Origin: Schizochytrium sp. TIO01
Taxonomy: Eukaryota; Protista; Bigyra: Labyrinthulomycetes
Direction: 5' to 3'
DNA: 64,000 nt
Assembly (NCBI GenBank): GCA_004764695.1
Contig: SMSO01000037.1
Coordinates: forward strand, 4,378,747-4,442,746
Both the position numbers and the translations under genes were made by a program. Of this stretch, positions 36,997-46,967 are shown piece by piece. The notes under the pieces were generated by a model. It was not told the DNA's origin and made no database searches. It worked only from the letters and a program-made list of their open reading frames with translations. How positions within the stretch are numbered: position 1 is the stretch's first letter; every line of letters starts with the position of its first letter.

Positions 36997-39900
36997 ATGA
37001 ACCGGCGCCTTGCAGAATACTTTGTTGTAAGCCGTGTGGCTAAGCATCCTGTGCAGCGAGGACCCAGTGTTGACGAGGAGAATGGCACCGCAGCTTTGGA
37101 TCCAGCCTTTGTGACAGCTCGTGAAAAGTATGAAAAAAAACGTAGGGCCAAGGTTGAGTCACAGCAACAGCGACTTCGAAGACCACAGGCGTCCAGCATA
37201 GCGCATGATGATGAACAACTTATCCTCAAAAATAGTGGTGATGTCAATCATAATGAAAAGACCACAACCGCCAACAACAACAATAATACTGCTAGCAATG
37301 TCGACACCAGAGTTGGCCTGCGAAATCAAGAGGACAAAGGCGAGGTTGGTGACAAGAATTCTGTCCTGTCTCAGGAGCATCAATTTGGTAGAGCTAGCCG
37401 CAGTAGCAGTGTATCAAGTCTGCCGAGGCCGGCATCTGCTTTGGGCTCGACTAGTCCTGTACCAGGTGTGGTAGGTAGGAGAACTAGCGGTCATAGTAGG
37501 AGGGAACCTCCGAATCCTGAACTATTTGCACAGGCGAGGCCCACGGGTGATGAAGATCCAATTGTGGATATTTGTGTAATTTTCCCAAACCAACGCGAGA
37601 AAATTCCTTCGGGTTTTAGATGCCTTGTGCGCACACCCTTCGGCTACCGTGGAGATTGCAACAGCGGTGTAGTCGGTAGCGAGGGTGTCTTTATTTGCAT
37701 TAAACACAGCTCTTCACACAAACCTACAACTGGGAAACCTCTGCTACCAATTGTGGATGTCAAAGTGATTTTCCTCGACAAAGAACCTGTACCGGCAGGC
37801 TATGAGCTTATTAGCCGGTCCCGTTCAGGTGCACTGCCAGCTAATCTCAACTACGGATACCTTGGTCAAACTATCTTCCTTGCAGTCAAGCGAATGCCTA
37901 CCGAGGTTTCCTCCGATGAGCGATACCACGCGCTTCAGCCTCTTGTCGATGTGTGCATTATTAACGCTTCAAAAAATGAGTCTGTTCCACGTGGATATGA
38001 AGTGATTCCCAAAAGTACGAGCGAAGGCAACTGGACAGGAAATAAAATGTATGTATGTATTCGCAGAGGTCGTGCATTTGGCATGCTAGACCAAAGTTTT
38101 GCCGCAACTCTTACAGAACGCGTCCCCCGTACAGATCGTCCAGGATTCCCTATTTCAGATGAAATGGCGCTGTTAACTGCTCCTGGTGGTCTTAAATGCC
38201 AAAGGCGTGTAGAAACCAATGTCCCTATCCCCAAGTTTTTCTCATTCGTTATGACCAAGGAAGATGGATCGCAGATTCACGCTAGTTGCTTGACTTTTTA
38301 TGAAGTGCTAGATGACGAAACGGTGGACTATCTGGAGAGAAGCTACGATGCTTATCTTCGAATTATGAGCGATTTCCCCAAAGATCCTATGGTCATTCGA
38401 CAACTCAAGGCATCTGCTGCAGCCAATCGTTGTGATCTAGTTCGGACAGATGCAAAAGGGCGCCCTCGAGGTTACACAGCTGTAAAGTTTCACAGTTCGG
38501 ATAATCTAGATGGCTTTGTTGTACCTCAGAGCGACAACGAGAGCCCAGCTCCTGAAACCTCGACTGAGCGAACTAAGACAGACAGTGGCAGACGACTGTT
38601 TAAAACTTGCAGCAGCTCTTCTCGGAGAATATATTGCCCCATCGTTCTCTGTATCCTCTCCCACTTCCCATTTTATCGCGAGTTTAAGCAGTTTCTAATG
38701 CTGTTGTATCAGGTCAGCATCTCTTCAACTGTCATTCCTATCGAACGTTATGTTGCTCAGCTTATTTACGAACTCCCCGTACCTCGCCCTGGGTCTGCAG
38801 GATTTGAGCTCCAATTTGGTGCTGGGCATCGTGGGATTCGGTTTTCGCTACCTCCAGAAGGTGGTTTGCCCATTACGTCAGTGAATTATGAAACTGTATT
38901 TCGCTGCCTTGGACCTCCGGAATTCGTACAACTCTTTACGCTCATGTTATTGGAGAAAAAAATTATCCTCCACTCCAAGTATGTTTCTGTTCTCAATCAA
39001 GTCGCAGAAGCCACGAGGTCACTAATGTTTCCTCTCAACTGGCAGAATATTTATATTCCTGTTTGTCCGAATAATCTAGCACACTTTCTCGCTGCCCCAC
39101 GTTCCTTTGTGATTGGCCTCCATACAGATGCTTTTGATTTGGTTCAGTTATCTGCACCTGAACAAGGTGACGAAGGTTGGTGGGAGATTGCTCTCGATGA
39201 AGGCAAAATCTACTACCTGGATGTCCTTGAACGGGCTACCTCAACGCCAATTTCACAACTTTTAGCAACCCCCCCTGGAGGAGATGAGATTGACCCTATT
39301 CGCGTCGTACGGACAAACATAGCCCCACCTTCCCTTCCTACGTCAGTTTTAAATGGTATGCTGAAGCGTTTACGATCCAGTGTTCTTTCACGTGCACCAA
39401 GTCTTGAAGACGAAATTGGTAAAGGCGCTACGCGTGTCCTGGGCCAACAGAACCCCGATATGGCTTATTCCTTAACTCCTCTAGAGGCACGAGGTGAGGA
39501 TGCATTGCGAGGATTACAATTCGCTGTTCGAGACGCAGCTTTGCATGCCATGGTAGAACTTATTGGTACCTATCGAGACTATCTTCTACCGCCACGTCTT
39601 GCTTCACGAGGTTTAAGTCGTGCCGAAGTTTTACCCACCAATCTCGCGGATATATTCAATGTTGACGGCTTTCTGCACAGTCTACCTAAAGCTACTCGAG
39701 CCTTCACGGAGCAGCTCACTAAGACTTTGCACTTCACAAAGTTTGTAGATGAGCGTACCTTTTCTACAGATCTGAGCTACCGTTTCTTATTTTTTGATGC
39801 CTTCATTGCTGCAACTTCCCGCAAGTCTAGTTTTACATCATCATTTAAATCAAGCGCAAAATCTCCTGAGCAAACAACGCACTCCATGCTAGGTCGAACC

Positions 39901-42819
39901 ACATCTGAGGCGGCGTCTTCAAGACCCAATTCTTCTTCGAGATCTCCGACTTTTGGTTTTGCTTCCTCAGGAACTTTGCATAGGCCATCTTCGTCCATGA
40001 CTGCTTTTCCGGGTGGCACCATGGGAATGTACCAATCGCAATCATCAAGCACTAAGGCGTCTTCCTTTTCTAGCAAACGTTCTACGGACATTGATAATGA
40101 TCTGTTAATTCTACGTGTATTAGAGGAAACGACTGGCAAACCCGCGATTGGGAGCGATGAAGATGTTCTTCTTTTGGATGGCGGGGGAGGAGAAATCGCT
40201 TTCAGCAATCTTTGTTTAGAACAAAACCACAATTTCGTGCTCAATTATAACAACTGGAATGTAGAGAACCCATGGAAGGAACGTTATGTGTATCACAATT
40301 TCCCTAGTTTGTTCGATGATACGCTACTTATGGCGCACCTTGTATCAGGAAGCGCAAACGACCGACGCCGCTCTACGGGCCGATCTCCAGCAATTGACAT
40401 GATTGAATCAAGTGCACCAGTGGTTCGCGTTCGAGCACGGGCTTCGTCCACGCCATATAGTAGCAGCACAATTGGAACTGGTACCTTGGAACTTATGCGC
40501 AATGGTACCGCAGAGAACACAAATGCAACTCGCCGCAATGAAAATATCTGGGGCGGGGGTGAGGAAGGAACGCATTCCTCTTCTACAACTGATTTGAACA
40601 TTGATGGCAGTACGAGCCGTCCTTCAATCAATCGTAGTGCTGCTATATCTGCGAGAGCACTTCGTGCTCCTAAACCTCGCCTTGGATCCTCTGCTAGCTC
40701 GGACGAAGATGCCGAAGACCGTGCTCGTTCATTTACAGAATGTTCTGATGATAGCTTCGACCCTTCTACTAACAGAGCAGCATCCGCTGACAATGCTGAA
40801 CCTGAGTATCTAGGGCTGCCAGCCCCACCATCAATGCGTAGTGATCGCATGGCCAGACAGATGGAGGACTCTACATCTACATCCGACCGCACTGTGCGTG
40901 CTGGATGCCGTTTAGGTGAAGAGCTGAACCGTTCCAATTTGGAGCAACAATTTGCCTTTTCTGAACCAACAACTGGTATGCCTCGAGCAAGGGCTTGTTA
41001 TGTTGAGACACTGGGTGCAATCCTAGCACTAGCACCAGCACTATTAACGTCTCGTTATGCACGACCCCGGTTTGCAATGTCTCTCATTCTTGGTGCGTTA
41101 ACTTATCTTGCTCGCCGCCATGGACACGTGCTTGACGAAGCCGCTACTCGTGCTGTATTGGCAGGTTGTGCTCTAAGTGGTCCTGGGTTTGCTCTTGATG
41201 CTAATAACGCATTCCACAGTTTGGTAGAACACGGCTGTAAACCAAATGCTGTGACTTACGGTTTCTTCACCATGGCTCTCGCGTTGCGACAGTCAAATCA
41301 TGCCAAAACACGTCGTGCTGTAACTACGTGGAAACGCCTCGTAAAGTTTCTTTGGGCGTACTTAGCTATGCGAAACCCTGGCTCGCGGCTTGCTCCACTT
41401 TACAGTGGTCCTAACTCTCCTCCATTACATGATCAAGCTTCTGATAAAGGCAAAGGGCCTTCTGCTTCCAAGAAAGGTGGGCCTGCAGTTACATTTGTGG
41501 CTTTATGGACAGGCACACGATGCCCTGACTGCAAAGCTCGCTTGCTTGATGAACACATTATGCAAGGGTGGGAGGTCGATATTAACCAGCTTGCCCAGTC
41601 TTGTGTGTATTGCAACTTTCTTGTTGTGCCAAGAATTGAATATCGTGTGCTTCGTGTTACGGCTACCGATATTGTAGAAAAGGACCATGGTCAATGCGAG
41701 TACATGAGCCCAATTGTACTTCGTCGTCAAGCAGAGTATATGGTAGATGCACTTGCCGAGAAGCGCACGCTGCGACTATCCCGAACTGAGTTGCGCCGCA
41801 CAAACCCTGCTCTTTACTATAATATTCTCTGGTATGCAAAACGCATCAACGCTCCTGTACTTTTTGCAGGAGAGCAATACGATGCTACAATGACAAGCCA
41901 GATCTCTGGTGCCGTACGAACGGTAGTCTCCTGCACATGGCAACGATTTCCAATTAGAGATGTGGCCTTAGTAAGACAAGCGATCGCAAACGCGGGGGCT
42001 GACTGGATTATGGAACCTCGAGAAGATCTTGTGCACGATCCTTTTATTACTGGGATGCCAACTCGCTCGGACTCTGGCAGCTATGTGCGCCCGCGTCGAG
42101 GAAGTTCTCTGTTTGAACGTGGTGTACTTAGTACAAAGACAAGCGCTGCTGTGGCTTCTTCCTCAGACTCACCACACTCCGCCATGAGCCCACTTGGCGA
42201 TTCCCCAGGTGTAGGAAGGCCTGTATCTCCACGGCGCCTGCAAAAGCATGCCGCGTCAACATGGATGGAGCCTGTAAATCCGAACGTATACATGGTTCGT
42301 GAACTTCTAACGAGTAACCAGATTCGAGAAGATTCGCTATGGGGCAACCGCTCAGTATCACAAATGCTGCACGACCAAACGCTTCTTCGGTCTCTTCCGG
42401 AGGAGACCTTCTACGTTACTCCTCACAGTACTCCCTTGGGGGTTGTGGCTAAGCTTTCGAATTATCTGGATTCTGGCGAGTTAGCTCGCGCTGTGCGACT
42501 GTTTCTGTCAGCACGGATGGCCTCGCGCGGCCGTCAGGATGGTGAAGGATATGTGGAGAAAGACGGAAGATTTTTGCGGCGTGGGTGGGAACTCTTTAAC
42601 GAGGCTGTTTATATTGAACTCTGCGCTTTGTCACGCATGGGTCAGCGCCAAATGCCTGTGAGTCGTATTGAATTGGAGTTAGAGCGCTCGTTAGCTAAGG
42701 TCTTACGGAGCCTTGAGCATGTCGACCCAACCCTAGCGAGTTGCATGGACAAGCGCGATTTCCCACCAACAATGCGATCGCTAGCGTTTCGAAACTTTTT
42801 TGCACCTCTATATCCCTGA
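36997..42819 (+). CDS. DENND4: DENND4/CRAG-like Rab GEF (MABP + uDENN/cDENN/dDENN + PPR-like repeat + C-terminal Cys region)
   Basis: MABP repeats (PIVDICVI…IPSGF, PIVDVKVI…VPAGYELI); FSFVMTKEDGSQIHASCLTFYE; LCILSHFPF; LLEKKIILHS; LMFPLNWQNIYIPVCP; PNAVTYG; CPDC…DEHIMQGW…C..C…YMSPIVLRRQAE. Confidence 0.85.
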   Translation: MNRRLAEYFVVSRVAKHPVQRGPSVDEENGTAALDPAFVTAREKYEKKRRAKVESQQQRLRRPQASSIAHDDEQLILKNSGDVNHNEKTTTANNNNNTASNVDTRVGLRNQEDKGEVGDKNSVLSQEHQFGRASRSSSVSSLPRPASALGSTSPVPGVVGRRTSGHSRREPPNPELFAQARPTGDEDPIVDICVIFPNQREKIPSGFRCLVRTPFGYRGDCNSGVVGSEGVFICIKHSSSHKPTTGKPLLPIVDVKVIFLDKEPVPAGYELISRSRSGALPANLNYGYLGQTIFLAVKRMPTEVSSDERYHALQPLVDVCIINASKNESVPRGYEVIPKSTSEGNWTGNKMYVCIRRGRAFGMLDQSFAATLTERVPRTDRPGFPISDEMALLTAPGGLKCQRRVETNVPIPKFFSFVMTKEDGSQIHASCLTFYEVLDDETVDYLERSYDAYLRIMSDFPKDPMVIRQLKASAAANRCDLVRTDAKGRPRGYTAVKFHSSDNLDGFVVPQSDNESPAPETSTERTKTDSGRRLFKTCSSSSRRIYCPIVLCILSHFPFYREFKQFLMLLYQVSISSTVIPIERYVAQLIYELPVPRPGSAGFELQFGAGHRGIRFSLPPEGGLPITSVNYETVFRCLGPPEFVQLFTLMLLEKKIILHSKYVSVLNQVAEATRSLMFPLNWQNIYIPVCPNNLAHFLAAPRSFVIGLHTDAFDLVQLSAPEQGDEGWWEIALDEGKIYYLDVLERATSTPISQLLATPPGGDEIDPIRVVRTNIAPPSLPTSVLNGMLKRLRSSVLSRAPSLEDEIGKGATRVLGQQNPDMAYSLTPLEARGEDALRGLQFAVRDAALHAMVELIGTYRDYLLPPRLASRGLSRAEVLPTNLADIFNVDGFLHSLPKATRAFTEQLTKTLHFTKFVDERTFSTDLSYRFLFFDAFIAATSRKSSFTSSFKSSAKSPEQTTHSMLGRTTSEAASSRPNSSSRSPTFGFASSGTLHRPSSSMTAFPGGTMGMYQSQSSSTKASSFSSKRSTDIDNDLLILRVLEETTGKPAIGSDEDVLLLDGGGGEIAFSNLCLEQNHNFVLNYNNWNVENPWKERYVYHNFPSLFDDTLLMAHLVSGSANDRRRSTGRSPAIDMIESSAPVVRVRARASSTPYSSSTIGTGTLELMRNGTAENTNATRRNENIWGGGEEGTHSSSTTDLNIDGSTSRPSINRSAAISARALRAPKPRLGSSASSDEDAEDRARSFTECSDDSFDPSTNRAASADNAEPEYLGLPAPPSMRSDRMARQMEDSTSTSDRTVRAGCRLGEELNRSNLEQQFAFSEPTTGMPRARACYVETLGAILALAPALLTSRYARPRFAMSLILGALTYLARRHGHVLDEAATRAVLAGCALSGPGFALDANNAFHSLVEHGCKPNAVTYGFFTMALALRQSNHAKTRRAVTTWKRLVKFLWAYLAMRNPGSRLAPLYSGPNSPPLHDQASDKGKGPSASKKGGPAVTFVALWTGTRCPDCKARLLDEHIMQGWEVDINQLAQSCVYCNFLVVPRIEYRVLRVTATDIVEKDHGQCEYMSPIVLRRQAEYMVDALAEKRTLRLSRTELRRTNPALYYNILWYAKRINAPVLFAGEQYDATMTSQISGAVRTVVSCTWQRFPIRDVALVRQAIANAGADWIMEPREDLVHDPFITGMPTRSDSGSYVRPRRGSSLFERGVLSTKTSAAVASSSDSPHSAMSPLGDSPGVGRPVSPRRLQKHAASTWMEPVNPNVYMVRELLTSNQIREDSLWGNRSVSQMLHDQTLLRSLPEETFYVTPHSTPLGVVAKLSNYLDSGELARAVRLFLSARMASRGRQDGEGYVEKDGRFLRRGWELFNEAVYIELCALSRMGQRQMPVSRIELELERSLAKVLRSLEHVDPTLASCMDKRDFPPTMRSLAFRNFFAPLYP

Positions 42820-43363
42820 AACTATTGGACAACAATAACAGGCACGAAAGTTGGAAATTCCGTTCGAGCCTTTCACTAGAGCTCATAGAATATCAGCGCT
42901 ATGGAAATAAGACAAGAGAAGACAACGAGGTGTGCAGGATCTCCATATCCTAATTTTCAAAGCGTTTAAGTACTTTGTCTTACATTTGGCATAAATGTGT
43001 GTATTATTTGCTTTGTGAACCTTTTTGGCTTTGTTTGTTTGCAACTATTTGTGTATAAGTACTTTTACCCTTTTGAACTTTGTTTGCTTTATGTGAAAGA
43101 TTTATGTTATATTGTCAATTAGAACCTTTGATCTTCGATCAAAATCAGACTTGGTCTTGCGATTTCCTGAAAAGCATCCAGCGCAAATAAAACCTCTTCT
43201 TATTGTTTCTTCTTCTTTTCAAACTGTTTCTTTGGTTTCTCAAATGCGAGCGATTCTGATTAAAAGAATGGGTATAATAGTTTATATGTAACCAAGTTCA
43301 TCTTTTTGGTTCTTCCTCTCGTTTTACTTTATTTCTATTCGATTCCTTTTGGTTGTTTTCTGA

Positions 43364-44980
43364 TTAGCCAATTGGACCAGTGCATGCATGCAAATTTGGT
43401 ACGATAAAATTTCGAGCATGGATCCAAGCATTGGCGCCATATTTAACGCCTTTAATCACGGGCAACGCTGTGTGCCGAGTACGTTCATCGATAGTCCAGA
43501 CTTGGTCGTCGAGAACAGAGGGCCAAAGGACTGCAGAACCCTTTTTCGGTGTCACGCGCTTGTTAATGCGAGGAAAGTCTGTCTCTCCACCCTCCTCGAC
43601 ATCGTTGATGTATAAGAAAAAGGTCAAGATTCGCGGCCCGGCTGTCTCTAGCTTTCCATTTGGTGAAGCATCGTGGTGTTCACGATAATACTGGTCCAAA
43701 TCGTATCGTAAAAGTTGTAGGGATTCATAATGGTCTTGAGGAACCCCTGTCACACGCTCGATGCGCTCGTATACAGCCTTGATTTGTGGATCAGATTCGC
43801 ATTCGTTAGAGCACCATGTGTTACTTGAAGTGCGAGCTAAGGACACCTTTTTCATTTGCTCGCCGCGCTTGTTTTTAGGCCCACTGTCAGTGCTACGCTC
43901 AAAACCAAGTGTGTTTCCCCATTCGATGAGCTTTTCCGCCTCCTCATCTGTGAGAAAGTTTTCGAAATGAATGAGCCAGGGACCTTCTGGAGGACGGCTG
44001 AGAACTGTCGGTGCGTAAACCTGATGATCGTCAAGGATTCGTTCGAACATAGCGTTCAGATCTCCCGGAGCCCAGATATGTTCTGCTGAGATGTTCAGCC
44101 TGTCAAATGCACATCGTTTTTTTGGGTCGAGCAGCTCACATGATTTGCAAGCCGTAGGGCAATTCACAATCATCCAGCCTGGATTTTTGGAGCACTCGCC
44201 ACGTTCCGCTAGAGACATGCATCTACGAGGATATCTATCAGCGCACGGATCTCCAATCTCTGAGAGAGTCTTTGCATCTCGCGGAAGTACATAGACCTTC
44301 TGGTCCGACTTGATTTCGACAACATCTCCAACCTGCTCACGCGTCCCCTCCATGGTAAACATGAACCTGTGACCCACAAAGCTTGACATAGTTTGCCCCT
44401 TGCGAAACGAGTTCACGACCTGGATCCAATCATCTTCAGATCTGTCCCAGAATAAACTCGTAGCACCAGTCCAGTTATTAAAGAAGAGGACCTCCATGGG
44501 GCTTCCTGTTTGAGAATTGGTGTTAATCTCAGATTCACCCTCGATCTCATTCTCGGATTCATCCTCGACAGCATCCTCGAATGTGTCCTTGATGTCATCG
44601 AGAGATTCGTCCTCCAAAGCAACATTGATGTCGTCGTTGACGTCTCGTTCTCCAGAATTTGCAACGTCATCTGTCAGAGATCTTGTTGAAGACTCGTCTT
44701 CTTTGAGTTCTGAAGGCAAAGAATTTGTTTCGTCAACCTGAGATCCCGTCGTCAAAGAGGCAAAAAATGAAGAATCTGTAAAGGGCGCATTGCTCGCAAT
44801 ACTTGAAAGTGCTGACGATATCCTGGGGTCGAGGGATCCTCTGTAGGCGGCCAGAGCAGAAGCAAGAAACGCCACAAGTAGAGCCCTCACGAGCAGAACA
44901 CGACCAACCGCGAAGACGCTGCTAGCGGAGGACCGACGCGAATGAGCTGCTGCGCTCTTGTCTGCCTCTGGTGACGACAT
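43364..44980 (-). CDS. Prolyl 4-hydroxylase (2OG-Fe(II)) with N-terminal signal anchor, VHL-beta-like domain and ShKT domain
   Basis: First ATG at 44980; ENFLTDEEA, RTSSNTW, ESLQLLRY…YREHHD, RILTFFLYINDVEEGGETDFP, PKKGSAVLW, HTALPVIKGVKYGANAWIH; six-Cys ShKT CADRYPRRC…GECSKNPGWMIVNCPTACKSC. Confidence 0.92.
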   Translation of the reverse strand: MSSPEADKSAAAHSRRSSASSVFAVGRVLLVRALLVAFLASALAAYRGSLDPRISSALSSIASNAPFTDSSFFASLTTGSQVDETNSLPSELKEDESSTRSLTDDVANSGERDVNDDINVALEDESLDDIKDTFEDAVEDESENEIEGESEINTNSQTGSPMEVLFFNNWTGATSLFWDRSEDDWIQVVNSFRKGQTMSSFVGHRFMFTMEGTREQVGDVVEIKSDQKVYVLPRDAKTLSEIGDPCADRYPRRCMSLAERGECSKNPGWMIVNCPTACKSCELLDPKKRCAFDRLNISAEHIWAPGDLNAMFERILDDHQVYAPTVLSRPPEGPWLIHFENFLTDEEAEKLIEWGNTLGFERSTDSGPKNKRGEQMKKVSLARTSSNTWCSNECESDPQIKAVYERIERVTGVPQDHYESLQLLRYDLDQYYREHHDASPNGKLETAGPRILTFFLYINDVEEGGETDFPRINKRVTPKKGSAVLWPSVLDDQVWTIDERTRHTALPVIKGVKYGANAWIHARNFIVPNLHACTGPIG

Positions 44981-46967
44981 CACGGCGCCTGAGGTGACCC
45001 TGGAGGCCGCGGACGCTTTCAATGATGTTCAGGTTTTGGAGTGCTGATTTGCTTTTTTACCTGGTCTACTCCTACCTTTTTGGTCCAAAAAATAAAAAGA
45101 CCCCTAGGCAGGTAGGTAGATAGATGCCTAGGCACTACATTGGAACACATGAAAATGCTCTTCTCTCTCTTTTCCCCTCTCGTGACCAAAAAGACTTTCA
45201 TGCAGTTGAAAGCTTCATTCTCAGAAGGTATCTTGCACTCTTTCATGAGGCAGACATTGGAGTTTGCAGCATGTGACACCTGTAGCAATCAAAGCTCCTC
45301 TGCAAGGGATTGGTCATTTACTTTAGTCATAGTCATCGATACTTAGCCAACGTTTTTGTTTGTTTGGCTGCATTCTACATCTTCGTGGACGGGGACGGGA
45401 CGCTAACTTAAGAATGTGTTACACGGACATAGAGGTTTGGATCTCAGGGGTCAGCCATGATGTCAAAATCAGAAACTACTTGACGAAATGAAATTACTGA
45501 ATGTGTCAAGTTTTTGACACAGAGAATATCTTGCTTTTAAGTTACTCTAGATATAGTTCGAAATGCGCAAGAGAAAACTTTTTAAATGCTGGATGAGGAA
45601 GTGCGGTTTACAATTCCAAAATCACAGCAAACATCCACAGTGCAGCAGATCGATTAGGCCATAGTTGACCTTCTTCTGTGGTACGATAGGGCTTCTGCGT
45701 CAGGAGGTTTACAATGTGAATAGACGGCCTGATATTCTGGGATGTTGAAGCCAAAGCGGACTTGTAAGAGATGATATATTCTTTCAAGACGGGGGTTGTA
45801 GAGGATGACCGAGGCAGAGAGTTTTTATGGAGTAGGAGATGTAAACACCCTTCAATGCCACAGATTTCGCAGTTTTCTGCTCCTGTCTTAAATAGCAGTT
45901 CGATGCTCTCACTTTGCCAAATTAAAAAATAAGAAGAAGTAGGCAAGAGATATTTTACCAAATATTTGCAGTGCCACTCCGAAACGTCATTCGAAGTCTC
46001 ATCTCGATGGTCTAAAGGTGTGTAGTGCATACTTAGTTCACACTGACGCGATAAACCAATTCATGTGCCGCTACCTCGTGTTTCCAGGTCAAAAGGACAA
46101 GTTTTCTGTGCAAATTGCATTATCCTCTGTAGAAATAATAATAATAATGCTGCCCAGGAAGGCACACCAGCCTAGCAGAGCCACTGCTTCTTCTTATTCA
46201 GTCCCAGGCAAGCCTTCAGGTCGCTCGACCTCCTGTACTCTGTGCTTGATTTGACCATCAACTAATGGGGAAGGATAATGTAGTCTTCATAGATAGATGT
46301 ACGGCAATATGTGGTGCGCCTCAAAGCAGGTCAAACAAGGAAGTTGAGCCAGTTTAGCGTTGGTAATGAGCACCTAGGTGCCAAGGTGCCTGCAACCTAG
46401 CTAATGTCGATTTCGAGACGCCATTCTCTCGAGCCTAGCGCTGCAACAACCAGCACTTTGCTGCAAAACTACTGTTGTGATCGTTGATTTTTAATTGCTT
46501 GAAACCTAGGAGGCCATCATAAGATAAAGAAAAGAAGAGATGAAGAAACCATCTCCAATCATAATCTAAATTTTCAAGAAATAGCCAGTCGACCTCTAAA
46601 GTACCTGCTGCTGGTTCAATGCATGCCAACACGTAGGATCAATCAGCTGATGTGGACGTGTGTAGCCGTGTTAGGATCCTGAGTTGCAATTCTCATGATT
46701 GGAATACAAGTTCGCATAGTATTATTCAACAATAAATTAATTCCTTTCATCAATCTGTTGTTGACCATTGCGACCTCAGAAAATATAGCCTTACCCATGC
46801 TTAAGACGCGTTCGAGCACAACACTGCTAGCTTCACGAGCGAATATGCACAACAATTCTCTTGCAATAACTGCAACTTTCTAAAAAACGCCAAATGCAGC
46901 AAAGGTTTAATTTGTTTTTTTAATTTCAGGAAGGAATCTTGAAGCACAGAACTCTCAAAATTCCGAA

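Noticed and set aside
40293-40937. 214-aa antisense ORF (and similar antisense ORFs in VPS51, MCTP and GRP94)
   Set aside because: Antisense shadows of real CDSs
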